Positions 54,211-64,000 of a stretch of 64,000 bases of DNA are shown piece after piece. The number at the start of each line of letters is the position of its first letter. The first letter of the stretch is position 1. A program made the translations under genes and the position numbers. The notes under the pieces were generated by a model. That model made no database searches and was not told the origin of the DNA. It saw only the letters and a program-made list of their open reading frames with translations. Location: positions 576,001 to 640,000 of the forward strand of contig CAWCNS010000005.1 in assembly GCA_963796965.1 (NCBI GenBank), read 5' to 3'. This stretch comes from Calditrichia bacterium (GTDB lineage: Bacteria > Calditrichota > Calditrichia > JAJRVZ01).

Positions 54211-54365
54211 GACAGGAGAACAGGATTAACAGGATTATATTCTTATTATAATGTTTTTGTATATAGATTCCGAATCAAGTTCGGAATGACAACAACGTCA
54301 TCCTGAATTTATTTCAGGATCTCACCCATTCTTTAAGAATGATATATTAATCCTGTCATCCTGTC
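54211..54365. repeat. Periodic inverted-repeat element (GACAGGA...TCCTGTC) enclosing two family G palindromes
   Basis: gacaggagaacaggattaacaggatt ... aatcctgtcatcctgtc; internal agattccgaatcaagttcggaatgac (54265-54290) and gtcatcctgaatttatttcaggatct (54297-54322). Confidence 0.78.
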
Positions 54366-54410
54366 AAAATTAAGAGAATAGGTGCTTGATGCGATATTTT
54401 TCCGATTCTG

Positions 54411-55457
54411 TCATGAATAGGGATAATCATAGGACACCAATCCCGTATCTTTCAATGCCGTCCAGAATTCACCGGGAATTTTTGCCTCTACAGATTTAAC
54501 ATTTGGTTGAATCCGTTCTGCGCGGCTTGTATTCAAAGCAATGCTGCAGACGCCAGGATGTGACAAACCGAATTGGACACAGGCCTCTGCTGGTATCACA
54601 TCATACTGATCGCAAAGTTTAAAGAATTTTTTACGCCAAATGAAATAGGGTTTATCCTCTTCCACATCCTTATTTAATAGGCGGTAATCGAAATATTTAC
54701 CCCCGGTTAAAAATCCGGCATGAAAAACGGCCGAATTAATTATGCTGATTCCTCTGTTTTCTAACTCATCCATGAGAGTAAGTAATTCCGGAGGATGAGA
54801 AAAAACAGTAAAACTAACAGCCAGCATTACCCAATCCAGATCTATCTTATTAATAATTTCAGGGATGACGGTCCAGTCTTTTACTCCAATACCCACTGCT
54901 TGTGTTTGGCCCTGTGTCTTTAATTCGATTAAGGACTCATAGGCACCAATGATATTTTTGAAATTTTGTTGTTTCTCATCTTTCGTTGAGGCCTGAGCCA
55001 AATATTCATCGGGATCATGAACCGATACTACTTGAGGGACATAAGGATCGCCTAAGAGTTCACAGCCCTGCTCCCAGCATTCTAATATACCCTTTTTACT
55101 TATTTTTTGTATGGCATCATGCTTAAGATCCATCCAGACACCTTTTTCAAATGTTGGCTCTGTGGTTTTAAGTGGTGTTCTTAACCAGCCTAACTTATTA
55201 CTGATGATTACATCATCAGGTGGAACTTCAAGGTCTTTAAGACACCGACCAACAACTTCCAGGGCAAGACCAGCGCCATATTTGCCTGCTGTGTCCAGAA
55301 CAGCCGGTTTATCGACCTGATTAAAAATCTCGCTGATTATACCAAGTTTTGTATCGTAATCTAAGGCCTGGTATAGATTGCCTAAACAACTGGTTCCGAA
55401 TATGATCGGTGGAACTTTCAATTTTGTTTTACCAAGAGGAGAAAAGATCATGGTCAT
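54411..55457 (-). CDS. Aldo/keto reductase, L-fucose / D-threo-aldose 1-dehydrogenase-like
   Basis: FGTSCLGNLY, DTAGKYGAGLA, ISNKLG, SVHDPDEY, AVFHAGFL. Confidence 0.83.
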   Translation of the reverse strand: MTMIFSPLGKTKLKVPPIIFGTSCLGNLYQALDYDTKLGIISEIFNQVDKPAVLDTAGKYGAGLALEVVGRCLKDLEVPPDDVIISNKLGWLRTPLKTTEPTFEKGVWMDLKHDAIQKISKKGILECWEQGCELLGDPYVPQVVSVHDPDEYLAQASTKDEKQQNFKNIIGAYESLIELKTQGQTQAVGIGVKDWTVIPEIINKIDLDWVMLAVSFTVFSHPPELLTLMDELENRGISIINSAVFHAGFLTGGKYFDYRLLNKDVEEDKPYFIWRKKFFKLCDQYDVIPAEACVQFGLSHPGVCSIALNTSRAERIQPNVKSVEAKIPGEFWTALKDTGLVSYDYPYS

Positions 55458-55503
55458 TTCCAGTTTGGAATTAGCGTTTAATCTCTCAGATTATAAGTAT
55501 TAG

Positions 55504-55678
55504 AATTACCACCCCCTCCGTACCCCTCCGTACTAAGGAGGGGGATTATGGGGGAGGTAATTAAAAATTGAAAAAAATATTATCCACGAATTAAGACAAA
55601 TTCATTTATTCTTTGAACATCAAACTATATCTATTCAGTTTTATATTAATTAGTGAAAATTCGTGAAATCCGTGGACC
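55504..55678. repeat. Nested CCCCT/AGGGG hairpin followed by family D inverted-repeat element
   Basis: aattaccaccccc...cccctccgtactaaggagggg...gggggaggtaatt (55504-55562); atccacgaattaagacaaatt (55582-) and aattagtgaaaattcgtgaaatccgtgga (55648-55676). Confidence 0.68.
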
Positions 55679-55681
55679 TAT

Positions 55682-58369
55682 TCACTCTTTCACCGTAACA
55701 AATCCTCTTAATCGAATATCCACAGATGACGAGCCAATCATGATCCTGAAATCACCTGGTTCAACGATCCGGTTCAGATCCCTATCGAGCATCGTTAGCA
55801 TTTCTGGTTTAATCTCAAACATTAACTTTTGGCTCTCTCCTGAATTCAGATGAATCCGCTGGAAACCTTTTAATTCTTTTAAGGGCCTGGCCACAGAAGA
55901 AAGCACATCCCTGATATACAATTGTACGACCTCATCGCCGGCCAATTTCCCCGTATTTTCTAAGATAAAAGCTGAGGACTGTACTTTCATCCGATCCAAC
56001 AATTGTCTTTTCAATCTTCAGATCACTATAGTTAAATGTTGTATAACTTCTGCCAAATCCAAAGGGAAAAAGAGGTTTGCCTGTCAGATTAAGATAATCA
56101 TCTCCACGACCAGTGGGTTTGTGATTATAGTAAAGAGGTAGTTGTGATTCATGAACGGGAAAGGTAATGGGTAATCGTCCGGCAGGATTATATTCGCCAA
56201 ACAGGACCTCCGCGACGGCATCACCCCCGGCTTCTCCCGGATACCACACATCAAGGATAGCATCCGCATTATCGATCCAGCTGCGCATCGTGATAGCGCT
56301 TCCACCCACCAGGACGACTATCACCGGGGTACCGGTCTCTGAGACTCGTTGAATCATTTCTTCCTGATGACCGGGAAGATTCAGATAGGCGCGATCCTGG
56401 AACTCACCTTCTTCAATACCGGCAACAATCACAGCCACGTCACTTTTTTGTGCTATATTTACAGATTTCTCTATATCATCCATCCAGGAATTCTTTACTC
56501 CAAAATCCCAAATCAATTTCAATCTGGCATCACCAGCACTCTCGAAAAACTCCAATCGGATAGAGTAATCCTCGCCTTTTTGGAAATTAACGGGTATCGT
56601 GTTTCTTCCAAATGATGTCTTTTGCCAATTATCGATTATCAATTGATCATCGATATATAATCTATATCCATCATTTCCCTCAATCCCAATAGATATCTCG
56701 CCTGATTCAGGAGCAATTAATGATCCCTCCCACCGCGCAGAATACCAATCATAATTTATAATCTCCGGATGAGGAGAAAAAAGTGTCCAACCAAAACTTA
56801 TATACGGGTCAATGCGCACCAGATCTGGTTCACCATCCATGGTTATATTATTATAGTAGGAACCAAGTAAGCCCACTTTTTTTTGACCACTCTCCCTATG
56901 AAATAGATATTTAGAAGGAACGGTGACAAACCCAATGCTCTCCCGGCCACACCCTTTCTCGTAGGTAAGTTTAACAGAACTGCCCACAATATTTTTAATA
57001 CCAGCCAATATGCTGATCTTGTCGATTCCGGGGCCGCTATACCCACCAAGCCGGGCCTCAACAGCATCGGGACCAATAAGAGCAATTTTCTTTAGACGGT
57101 TTTTGTTAAGAGGGAGCACATTATCAGCATTCTTTAAGAGCACCATAGATGCCAATGCTGTTTGTTTGGCCAACTGTCGATGGTCTGCATGCCCGTTCCA
57201 TTTAGCCGCTTCGTCAGAATCCACATAAGGATTCTCGAATAATCCTAGTTTGAATTTAGCCCGCAATACGCGCCGGACCGCCTGATCAATCTTTTTTGGA
57301 TCAATCATTCCGGATTCAAAGGCTTTGTAGAATAAGGGATAATGTGAATACGAGGTTTGAAAGATCACATCCAGACCGTTTTCTATCGCATTTTTTGTTG
57401 ATTCTGCATAATCGGCCGCTGTAAAATGTAATACATTTGCACCGCCTGTGGCCCCGGCATCAGAGATTACAAATCCTTTAAATCCCCATTCTTCTTTTAA
57501 TTTTTTATTGAGTAGCCAATCATTTGCCGTACAGGGACTTCCATCCAGACGAATTATAAGATGTCATGACTGACCAGGCATGGGCCTTCTGAAACACCGC
57601 TTTATAAGCGGGGAAATAAATCTCCTCCAAGCAATCTCTCATTAAAGTGGATGGGATAACTGTCCCGTCCGCCATCACCCACATTGGCAACAAAGTGTTT
57701 TGGTGTCGTTATAATTCCTTTTTCCTCAAACTGGCTGATAAAAGCAACACCCATTTGTGTAGTTAAAAAAGGATCTTCACCATAGGTTTCTTCTACACGC
57801 CCCCAGCGCACATCACGGGCAATATTCAACACTGGCGATAAGATCTGTCTGATTCCCCTGCTTCCCGTTTCTTTGGCAATGGCCTCTCCAACTTTTCCAA
57901 CTAAATCAACATCCCAGGTGGCAGCCAAGGCGATTGATTGAGGAAAAGCAGTGGCCCCATCTCGCACCAATCCATGCAGGGCTTCATCAAAGGCAATAAT
58001 GGGAATCCCCAGGCGGGTTTCCTCAACAAAATATCGCTGGACATCATTGATCTTTTCAGCAACTGCTTTGGCTGTTCCTGATGAACCATATTGTAGTATC
58101 TGTTCAGCCGCATTTTCAGATGAACCTATCGTGGCAACCTGAAAACCAAATATGCCATTTTTATAACGCTCTTTACCATCGCTCAAGTCGCCTGGAATCA
58201 TAAACAATTGCCAAAACTTCTCTTCAAGCGTCATCCGCCCTAACAAATCATCCACTCTCTCCTCTATTGGTAGATCAGGATTTTTATAGGCTGGATAATT
58301 TGTCTGAGCAAAAAGAATTTGAGCAAAAAAAGATGCCACAAATAATAATATAATTGATAGATTTTTCAT
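55682..58369 (-). CDS. Secreted GH3 beta-glycosidase with PA14 insert and Fn3-like C-terminus; frameshifts near 57560-57630 and 55980
   Basis: TRLGIP...DEALHG, RDVRWGRVEETYGED, KHFVAN, GFVISDA in the gap, VWYPGEAGG, NPAGRLP, EVVQLY...RPLKELKGF. Confidence 0.9.
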
Positions 58370-58461
58370 TTGTTGTCCCTATCTGTTTTTAGCCCTTGAG
58401 ATCATCGTACTCGTTCTTCAGGCGATGGATAGCCTCAGGCCACATAGATAAAAAAAGATTT

Positions 58462-58554
58462 ACCACAAAGATCACTAAGAAGGCACAAAGTGCTCAAAGA
58501 AAAAATCTTAATAAAACTTTGTGATCTTTTTGACTTCTTGGTGTACTTAGTGGT
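58462..58554. repeat. Family B palindromic element
   Basis: accacaaagatcactaagaaggcacaaagtgctcaaag ... ctttgtgatctttttgacttcttggtgtacttagtggt. Confidence 0.78.
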
Positions 58555-58747
58555 TAAAAATCGTTTAGGCAATTATGAATATCATAAGAAAACAGACAAC
58601 GTTTATATAAATAATTTAATTATTACTTTTTCTATTACTCAAAAAAGGTGCTGCAGAATAAAATAATCAAAGATTATTAATACTACTTTCAAATCCCTAA
58701 TACCAATACTAAATTACCATCATTAACTTATCTCTATTATTATTCAA

Positions 58748-60744
58748 TTATTTCTGCATCAACATCTTTTTTATTTTTATATCATTCTCGGTTTTCAATT
58801 TATAGAGATATATTCCTGTTGAAACTGGAAAACCTGCTTCATTTCTACCATCCCACATCACCTGGTACGAACCAGCTGGCAAATAATCGTCAACTAATGA
58901 TTTCACCTTTTGGCCTAGAATATTGTATATCTTCAGACTAACATACCCAGCAGGAATACTGTATTTTATAGTCGTGTTTGGATTAAAAGGATTAGGATAA
59001 TTCTGCACTAATTTAAACCCATTGGGGAAAGGCGATTTTAAGTTAATACCTGTTGGCAATTCAGATAGATTAAAATCTCTGTAAATGATGAGCACGGGTT
59101 CTGTCGATTCTTTTCTGATCGGAACGGGAAATTGCCCCTCAACAGCAGGCCATCCGTGAATATAATTATCCTCATAGACATCAATATAATTCAAATTTCT
59201 GTCAGATCCGGGAAAACCGTCTTCGTAATACATGATGTGAACTTTATTATCAATTACATCCCTGTAAACAGAAACTTCACTTTCGTCTCTATCAGGTGTA
59301 TTGGTGATGTTGAATGGTGCAGACCAGTTTACCCCGTCATTACTTACAGATATTTTTATATCCTTCATGTATGCATAATAGTGATATGAGAGGGCCCTGT
59401 CTGTATCAACAAGTTGAGAAATATCACCTTGCATTTCTTCCCAGACACAAACCATCCATGGTTCACTTGGTTGGCGATTTTTATTTATCAAAAAATCGAT
59501 ATTTGCAATCGGTCCGTCATTCAGAGATTTTCCCCAGGTTGCGGCACTGCTATCATAAATCCCATGATTGTACCATTTATATATTTCTCCAGGTTTGGGA
59601 TATTCACATTCAGCCAGGAGTATATGCGTTTTTTTTATAGAATTCCAACAACGTAACTGCGGCTTCGGGTGTTCACTGCCGTCATAAAATACGGCATTTG
59701 TATCGCCAGCCGTTGCACTGTAGGTAGCCCACCAATTATCCCATGGAAGAGAAAGAGATGTATCAATATAAACATCTTGATAAGTGGCGTCATAAACCAC
59801 ATGAAGGTTGTTGTTTTCATCATAACATACCTGAATCTCCGTATAAGGTTTGGGATCATTGTTAGGAATATTCGCACCATTTTCTGATTTAGTGGTATCA
59901 AAAAGCGAAATGACAGAACCGTTTGCCAGGCCTTCATAAAAATCGTCCTCCCAAATCATTCCCTGCAAATAGCCTTTATGTAAAAAAATATTACATGCTG
60001 GATGAAGTGTGGCAATTGTGACTTCTTCACCATCATTGGAGATCGTCAAATCAGACTCCCTTTGTTGCATTTCTGCGGTATTTTGCGGGCAAATTTTTTC
60101 CTTCAACGCCATTATCGAGATTTCGATAAAACATTTGTACAGGATCACTATAATTCGTCCCATCAAATCTGATGTATGTGACAGCCTCGCCCCCTGGATT
60201 GGTAAAGATGCAGTGGGCAATTCCATGGTAATTGTCAATTTCAATCTCAATTGGATTAACGTAACTTGAATAATCAGAATAGACCGGCTCCCAGTAATAA
60301 TTAAGCGGCACAATAGTATTCCCATCCTCACTTAACTTCGCCCAGGACATCTCATGCAGTGACGGCCCATATCCATAAAAGACTACTCCCGACTCCATAA
60401 TAGAAATAGACTGGTGTATTATTCTGTCCCCCATCCATATAAACCACTCCCGGTTGAATAACTGCAGTGGGATTTTGGGAGGGAATAGGAATTTTAATTC
60501 CTTCGCTCACATTTGCATACATCACCTGCCAGCCGGTATCATTTTCCGTGCACCAGGTTTTATTATAACATACATGTGATTTGTTGTTCTCATCTATAAC
60601 TATTTGCTGCCCAAAACTTCCGGTATACCAATAGTTTTGAAAATCCAAACCCGTTGTGTCAACAGTGACGGGTTCGGAGGCAATGAGATTACCACTCAAA
60701 ACTAAAACACTAAGTTTAATTAAAATCCAAATAAAACTTTTCAT
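58748..60744 (-). CDS. Secreted protein (BNR/beta-propeller-like) with FlgD-Ig/C-terminal sorting domain; frameshifts near 60385 and 60080
   Basis: Signal peptide MKSFIWILIK; SNDGVNWSAPFNITNT; QNYPNPFNP...WDGRNEAG..VSTGIYLY...KKMLMQK. Confidence 0.72.
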
Positions 60745-60765
60745 AGCATTATACCTTAAACATAG

Positions 60766-60793
60766 GTAGTGGTCCTTCGCGAAAGGCCACTAC
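60766..60793. terminator. Hairpin 15 nt downstream of the GH29 stop (terminator/attenuator or GTAG-type REP)
   Basis: gtagtgg-tccttcgcgaaagg-ccactac. Confidence 0.5.
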
Positions 60794-60808
60794 GGGAGGT
60801 ATATTTTC

Positions 60809-63001
60809 TCATTTAATCTCAATTTCATCCACAAACAGCCAGGCCGGGCCTCCGGCCCCTTTATGCCATTCCGGACAGGTTTCCACATTTTTCAGATTAA
60901 TTTTCACATATCTGGCCTGCATAGCTGAAAAACTTGTTTTGATATCTTTTATCATGCTGTCATCATGGTCTTTGATATCAAAATTCAAACTTTCAACCTC
61001 ACGGTAGATCTTCCCATCCATCGAAATCTGCAACTTGACCTCTTCAGGTAGAAATATCCATGCATTTTGATTGCTCAGACAGCCAATAGAAATCTCACTA
61101 ATATCCTTTACTTTACCCAAATCAATAATTGCTTCAAAATCGACGCCCTCAAATCCCAGCCATTGACCATCCTGATTATTGATTGAACCCCGAATCTCAT
61201 CAGCCAAACTGATCACGCCTTTAGCCTGATAGCGATCTTTCGGATCATGTGCCAAGGTGATATCTGCATATTTTGTCACCACTGTAATATTTTCTGAGAC
61301 CCGTTTACTGTCATCAAGCCCATTTTTAAAGGCCTTAATTTTAATAAGAGATGATTTTTTTATAGGAATTGGCCCCTTATATAGTTGAGATTTTTCTGTG
61401 GGTCTTGAACCATCCAGCGTGTAGAATATTTTTGCTCCCTTGGTTGGACAGGTTAAAGTCACCACAGGTTTACGTTTTAGATCAAAATATTTTATATCGA
61501 GGACAGGTGCACGGACATAATCATTCACACCTGAGATCTCAAAGGCATACGCATACTGCTTCTCAGGTCCCAGACTGTTAGGATTAAAGGCTGGCAGATC
61601 AATTAGCATATCCCCGTTACTATTTTTCCAGGTGAGATCTTCTCCTGTGGCTAAGAATTTTACTTTTGTGTCAGATTTTGCCTCAAAATCTCCTATTTTA
61701 AGTATCTCTCCGGGCCAACGTGGTGTAATCGCATATAGATTGCCATTTTTTGATGTGAAAAATATTTCCTTAACCGCGTAACCCGGCTCCGGATCAACCG
61801 TTTGTTTCAGGATATAATCACCACTCAGATAATGTTGACCCTCAGGTTTGTAATTTCTATCTCCACCCGACCATTGGACGGTTCTTTTCCATTTCCGTGT
61901 ACCATAAATGGCTTCACCATAGGTATCGAGCCAGTGTCCCATTTGGAGAAGACGTTCCTGCATGATGACCGGAATCCTTCCTCTGGCATCTGGACCGATA
62001 TCTAGCAATAAATTCCCCCCATTGCTCACAATATCAATAAGCATCAGGATTAACGTTTGCGGGGAATTATAATCCTGGGCATCCTCATTTCTATTATATC
62101 CAAAGGAGAATCCCATTCCCCGGCATTCCTCCCAGGGCCTGTCAAACTCAGCCGAAGATTCGTATTCGGTTGTAAAATACCCACCATGTTTTTTTCGGAC
62201 CCCAGCTCCCCAGCGGTCATTGATTACAATTGTATTCTTCACCGGTGATTCATTAAATAACCATGCCATTAATTCCGGTGTCTGCCATTTCTCTGCCGGC
62301 AAATCCCATTCGCCATCTCCCCAGATGATGTCCGGCTTATAACGTATGATTAAATCCTTGAATTGGGGGTGAAAATGATCTTTGACAAATCGTTCCTTAT
62401 CATTTTGCCACCAGGGATGAAACCATTCATATAAAGAATAATAGAATCCGACTTTCATATCTGACTTGCGCATGGCTTTGGTAAGTTCCCCCACAATATC
62501 TCTTTTTGCACCCACCTCCATACTGTTCCAGGGAAATCCACGGTCATTGGCTTCCTTACTTGGCCACATACAAAAACCATCATGGTGTTTGGTGGTAGTA
62601 ACCACATATTTTGCTCCAGATTTTTCGAACAAGACAACCCAGGCATCCGGATCAAATAAATCATTGGTAAAGGATTCAGCAAATTTATAATAAGAAAAAT
62701 CTTCACCATAAGTTTTAACATGAAAATCATAAACTTCTGATCCGCTAAAATCCCCATTTCCAAACAAGGATTTTGTTTGCAGCCAATATTGATACCATTC
62801 AGAGTAGGTACCCTTTGGCGTCCACGCCGGAACTGAATAAGGCCCCCAGTGAATAAATATTCCGAACTTGGCATCTTCAAACCAGGGCGCCACAGGTCGC
62901 TGATCCAGAGATTCCCAGTTCGGCTCGTACGTTTTTTGCTGTCCAAAGCCTATCTGCGCCATGATCAGTAAACCTGTTATTACAATCATCCAATTCTTCA
63001 T
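60809..63001 (-). CDS. GH29 alpha-L-fucosidase + chitobiase/Fn3-associated domain + discoidin domain
   Basis: WFEDAKFGIFIHWG, KHHDGF, YYSLYEW, IWGDGEW, INDRWG, WEECRG, IFYTLDGSRP, AWLFVDEI. Confidence 0.92.
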   Translation of the reverse strand: MKNWMIVITGLLIMAQIGFGQQKTYEPNWESLDQRPVAPWFEDAKFGIFIHWGPYSVPAWTPKGTYSEWYQYWLQTKSLFGNGDFSGSEVYDFHVKTYGEDFSYYKFAESFTNDLFDPDAWVVLFEKSGAKYVVTTTKHHDGFCMWPSKEANDRGFPWNSMEVGAKRDIVGELTKAMRKSDMKVGFYYSLYEWFHPWWQNDKERFVKDHFHPQFKDLIIRYKPDIIWGDGEWDLPAEKWQTPELMAWLFNESPVKNTIVINDRWGAGVRKKHGGYFTTEYESSAEFDRPWEECRGMGFSFGYNRNEDAQDYNSPQTLILMLIDIVSNGGNLLLDIGPDARGRIPVIMQERLLQMGHWLDTYGEAIYGTRKWKRTVQWSGGDRNYKPEGQHYLSGDYILKQTVDPEPGYAVKEIFFTSKNGNLYAITPRWPGEILKIGDFEAKSDTKVKFLATGEDLTWKNSNGDMLIDLPAFNPNSLGPEKQYAYAFEISGVNDYVRAPVLDIKYFDLKRKPVVTLTCPTKGAKIFYTLDGSRPTEKSQLYKGPIPIKKSSLIKIKAFKNGLDDSKRVSENITVVTKYADITLAHDPKDRYQAKGVISLADEIRGSINNQDGQWLGFEGVDFEAIIDLGKVKDISEISIGCLSNQNAWIFLPEEVKLQISMDGKIYREVESLNFDIKDHDDSMIKDIKTSFSAMQARYVKINLKNVETCPEWHKGAGGPAWLFVDEIEIK

Positions 63002-63033
63002 AGTGTGATTATTCCTATGTTAACCAAGTAAGA

Positions 63034-63292
63034 TTTTTCGCGCAGCGACGCAGAGCCGCAGAGAAAATAAGTCCACGAATTTCACTAATGAACACTCTAT
63101 AAAATTAATTTAGAATGTCATCCTGAATCCTGACCTATCGTCAAGACAGGTTTATTTCTCCAAAGGAGTCCTTCGGACAGGATCTTCTCCTAAGATTCAT
63201 ATAGATGCCGAAATAAATTCGGCATTACATATGGCCTGGTGTCGTTTGAGTATCATTTTTTCTCTGCGTCTTGGCGGCTCTGCGAGAGAAAA
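63034..63292. mobile_element. Family A inverted-repeat cassette with nested D arm and family G palindromes, one carrying two mini-hairpin insertions
   Basis: Left tttttcgcgcagcgacgcagagccgcagagaaaa; right tttttctctgcgtcttggcggctctgcgagagaaaa; G arms at 63117-63185 and 63203-63228. Confidence 0.78.
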
Positions 63293-63308
63293 GAAAGTCA
63301 GCACATAT

Positions 63309-64000
63309 CTAATTCCCTTGGTTTAATGCCTCATCAGGATATTCAACTGTTTTCCCCGATCGTTTATCAACAGGCATTAATGCCTCGCTCTCTCGAAGAT
63401 GAGTCGATAAGATTTTGGCAAGTTCCCTCAATTTTTTCGGGTTCACTTCAGCCAAATTATTCCGCTCACCTATATCTTCTTCCAAATTGAATAACTCCAG
63501 TTTTCTATCCACATGATGATAGATCAATTTCCAATCCCCTTTTCGGATAGAACTATAAGGAGGTTGATCATAGGTATGGGGAAAATGCCAGAATATGGGT
63601 CTCTGCTGATTAGAATCTTTACATGCTGACAGAAACGGCACAAAACTCTGTCCGTCTATCACGCCACCCACCTGGCTGTAAGTGTCAACACCAGCCATCT
63701 CCAGAAAACTGGGAAATATATCCTCTATAATGACATAGTCGGAGCATACGGAATTCGCCCTGGTTTTACCCGGCCATTTTATCAGCATAGGGACACGTAC
63801 ACCACCCTCATAGGGCGTTAGTTTATGACCTCTTAAAGGTCTGTTCCTTGTTGCTTGACTGGGTTGACCATTATCAGACATAAAAACGACTATCGTGTTT
63901 TTTTCAATGCCAAGCCGTTTCAGCGTCATCATCAAGTCACCGAGAGATTTATCCATTCCTTCGATCATCGCAGCATAGGTCGCGTTAAACTTATTCAATC
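63309..64000 (-). CDS. Arylsulfatase-like S1 sulfatase, C-terminal part (5' end outside window)
   Basis: YAAMIEGMD, FMSDNG, NRPLRGHK, YEGGVRVP, FWHFPH, ELFNLEEDIGE. Confidence 0.9.
   Translation of the reverse strand, partial: LNKFNATYAAMIEGMDKSLGDLMMTLKRLGIEKNTIVVFMSDNGQPSQATRNRPLRGHKLTPYEGGVRVPMLIKWPGKTRANSVCSDYVIIEDIFPSFLEMAGVDTYSQVGGVIDGQSFVPFLSACKDSNQQRPIFWHFPHTYDQPPYSSIRKGDWKLIYHHVDRKLELFNLEEDIGERNNLAEVNPKKLRELAKILSTHLRESEALMPVDKRSGKTVEYPDEALNQGN

Overview
AT-rich bacterial window, probably from an FCB-group organism outside Bacteroidota (Calditrichota/KSB1/Ignavibacteria-like; inferred from three secreted proteins ending in the QNYPNPFNP...KM.L.K sorting domain). About 15-20 genes are split by single-base indels, many in homopolymer runs, which looks like long-read consensus error. 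Layout: (1) 1-9805 (+) sulfur hub: psr/phsABC, two YeeE/YedE transporters, an atypical rhodanese, a Cys-rich MerR/HspR-like regulator, SQR, a DUF1641-like protein, TusE/DsrC and DsrE. (2) 10105-16413 (-) three secreted proteins: an amidase, a TolB-like propeller and a GHL10 hydrolase; the amidase and the hydrolase share a duplicated C-terminal module. (3) 16851-28244 (+) dCMP deaminase, MFS, RND efflux (MFP/AcrB/TolC), PPK2 and an M28 peptidase. (4) 28360-64000 (-) a >35 kb co-oriented glycan-catabolic locus: 2 GH29, GH38-like, GH3, six-hairpin GH, 2 sulfatases, ROK, mannose-6-P isomerase and a fucose dehydrogenase/lactonase-like pair. It embeds a corrinoid methyl-transfer module (MtaB, MtaC-like protein, stand-alone MetH reactivation domain), five UROD/MetE-fold paralogues and a PhyH dioxygenase, making it a candidate cobalamin-dependent system for demethylating methylated sugars or capturing glycan-derived methanol. 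Most longer intergenic gaps carry a mosaic of short palindromic elements: 8-9-nt periodic inverted repeats, heptamer arrays and GTAG-REP hairpins. At two sites 20-23-bp mini-hairpins have visibly inserted into other repeats. No rRNA, tRNA, CRISPR array or transposase gene was recognised.
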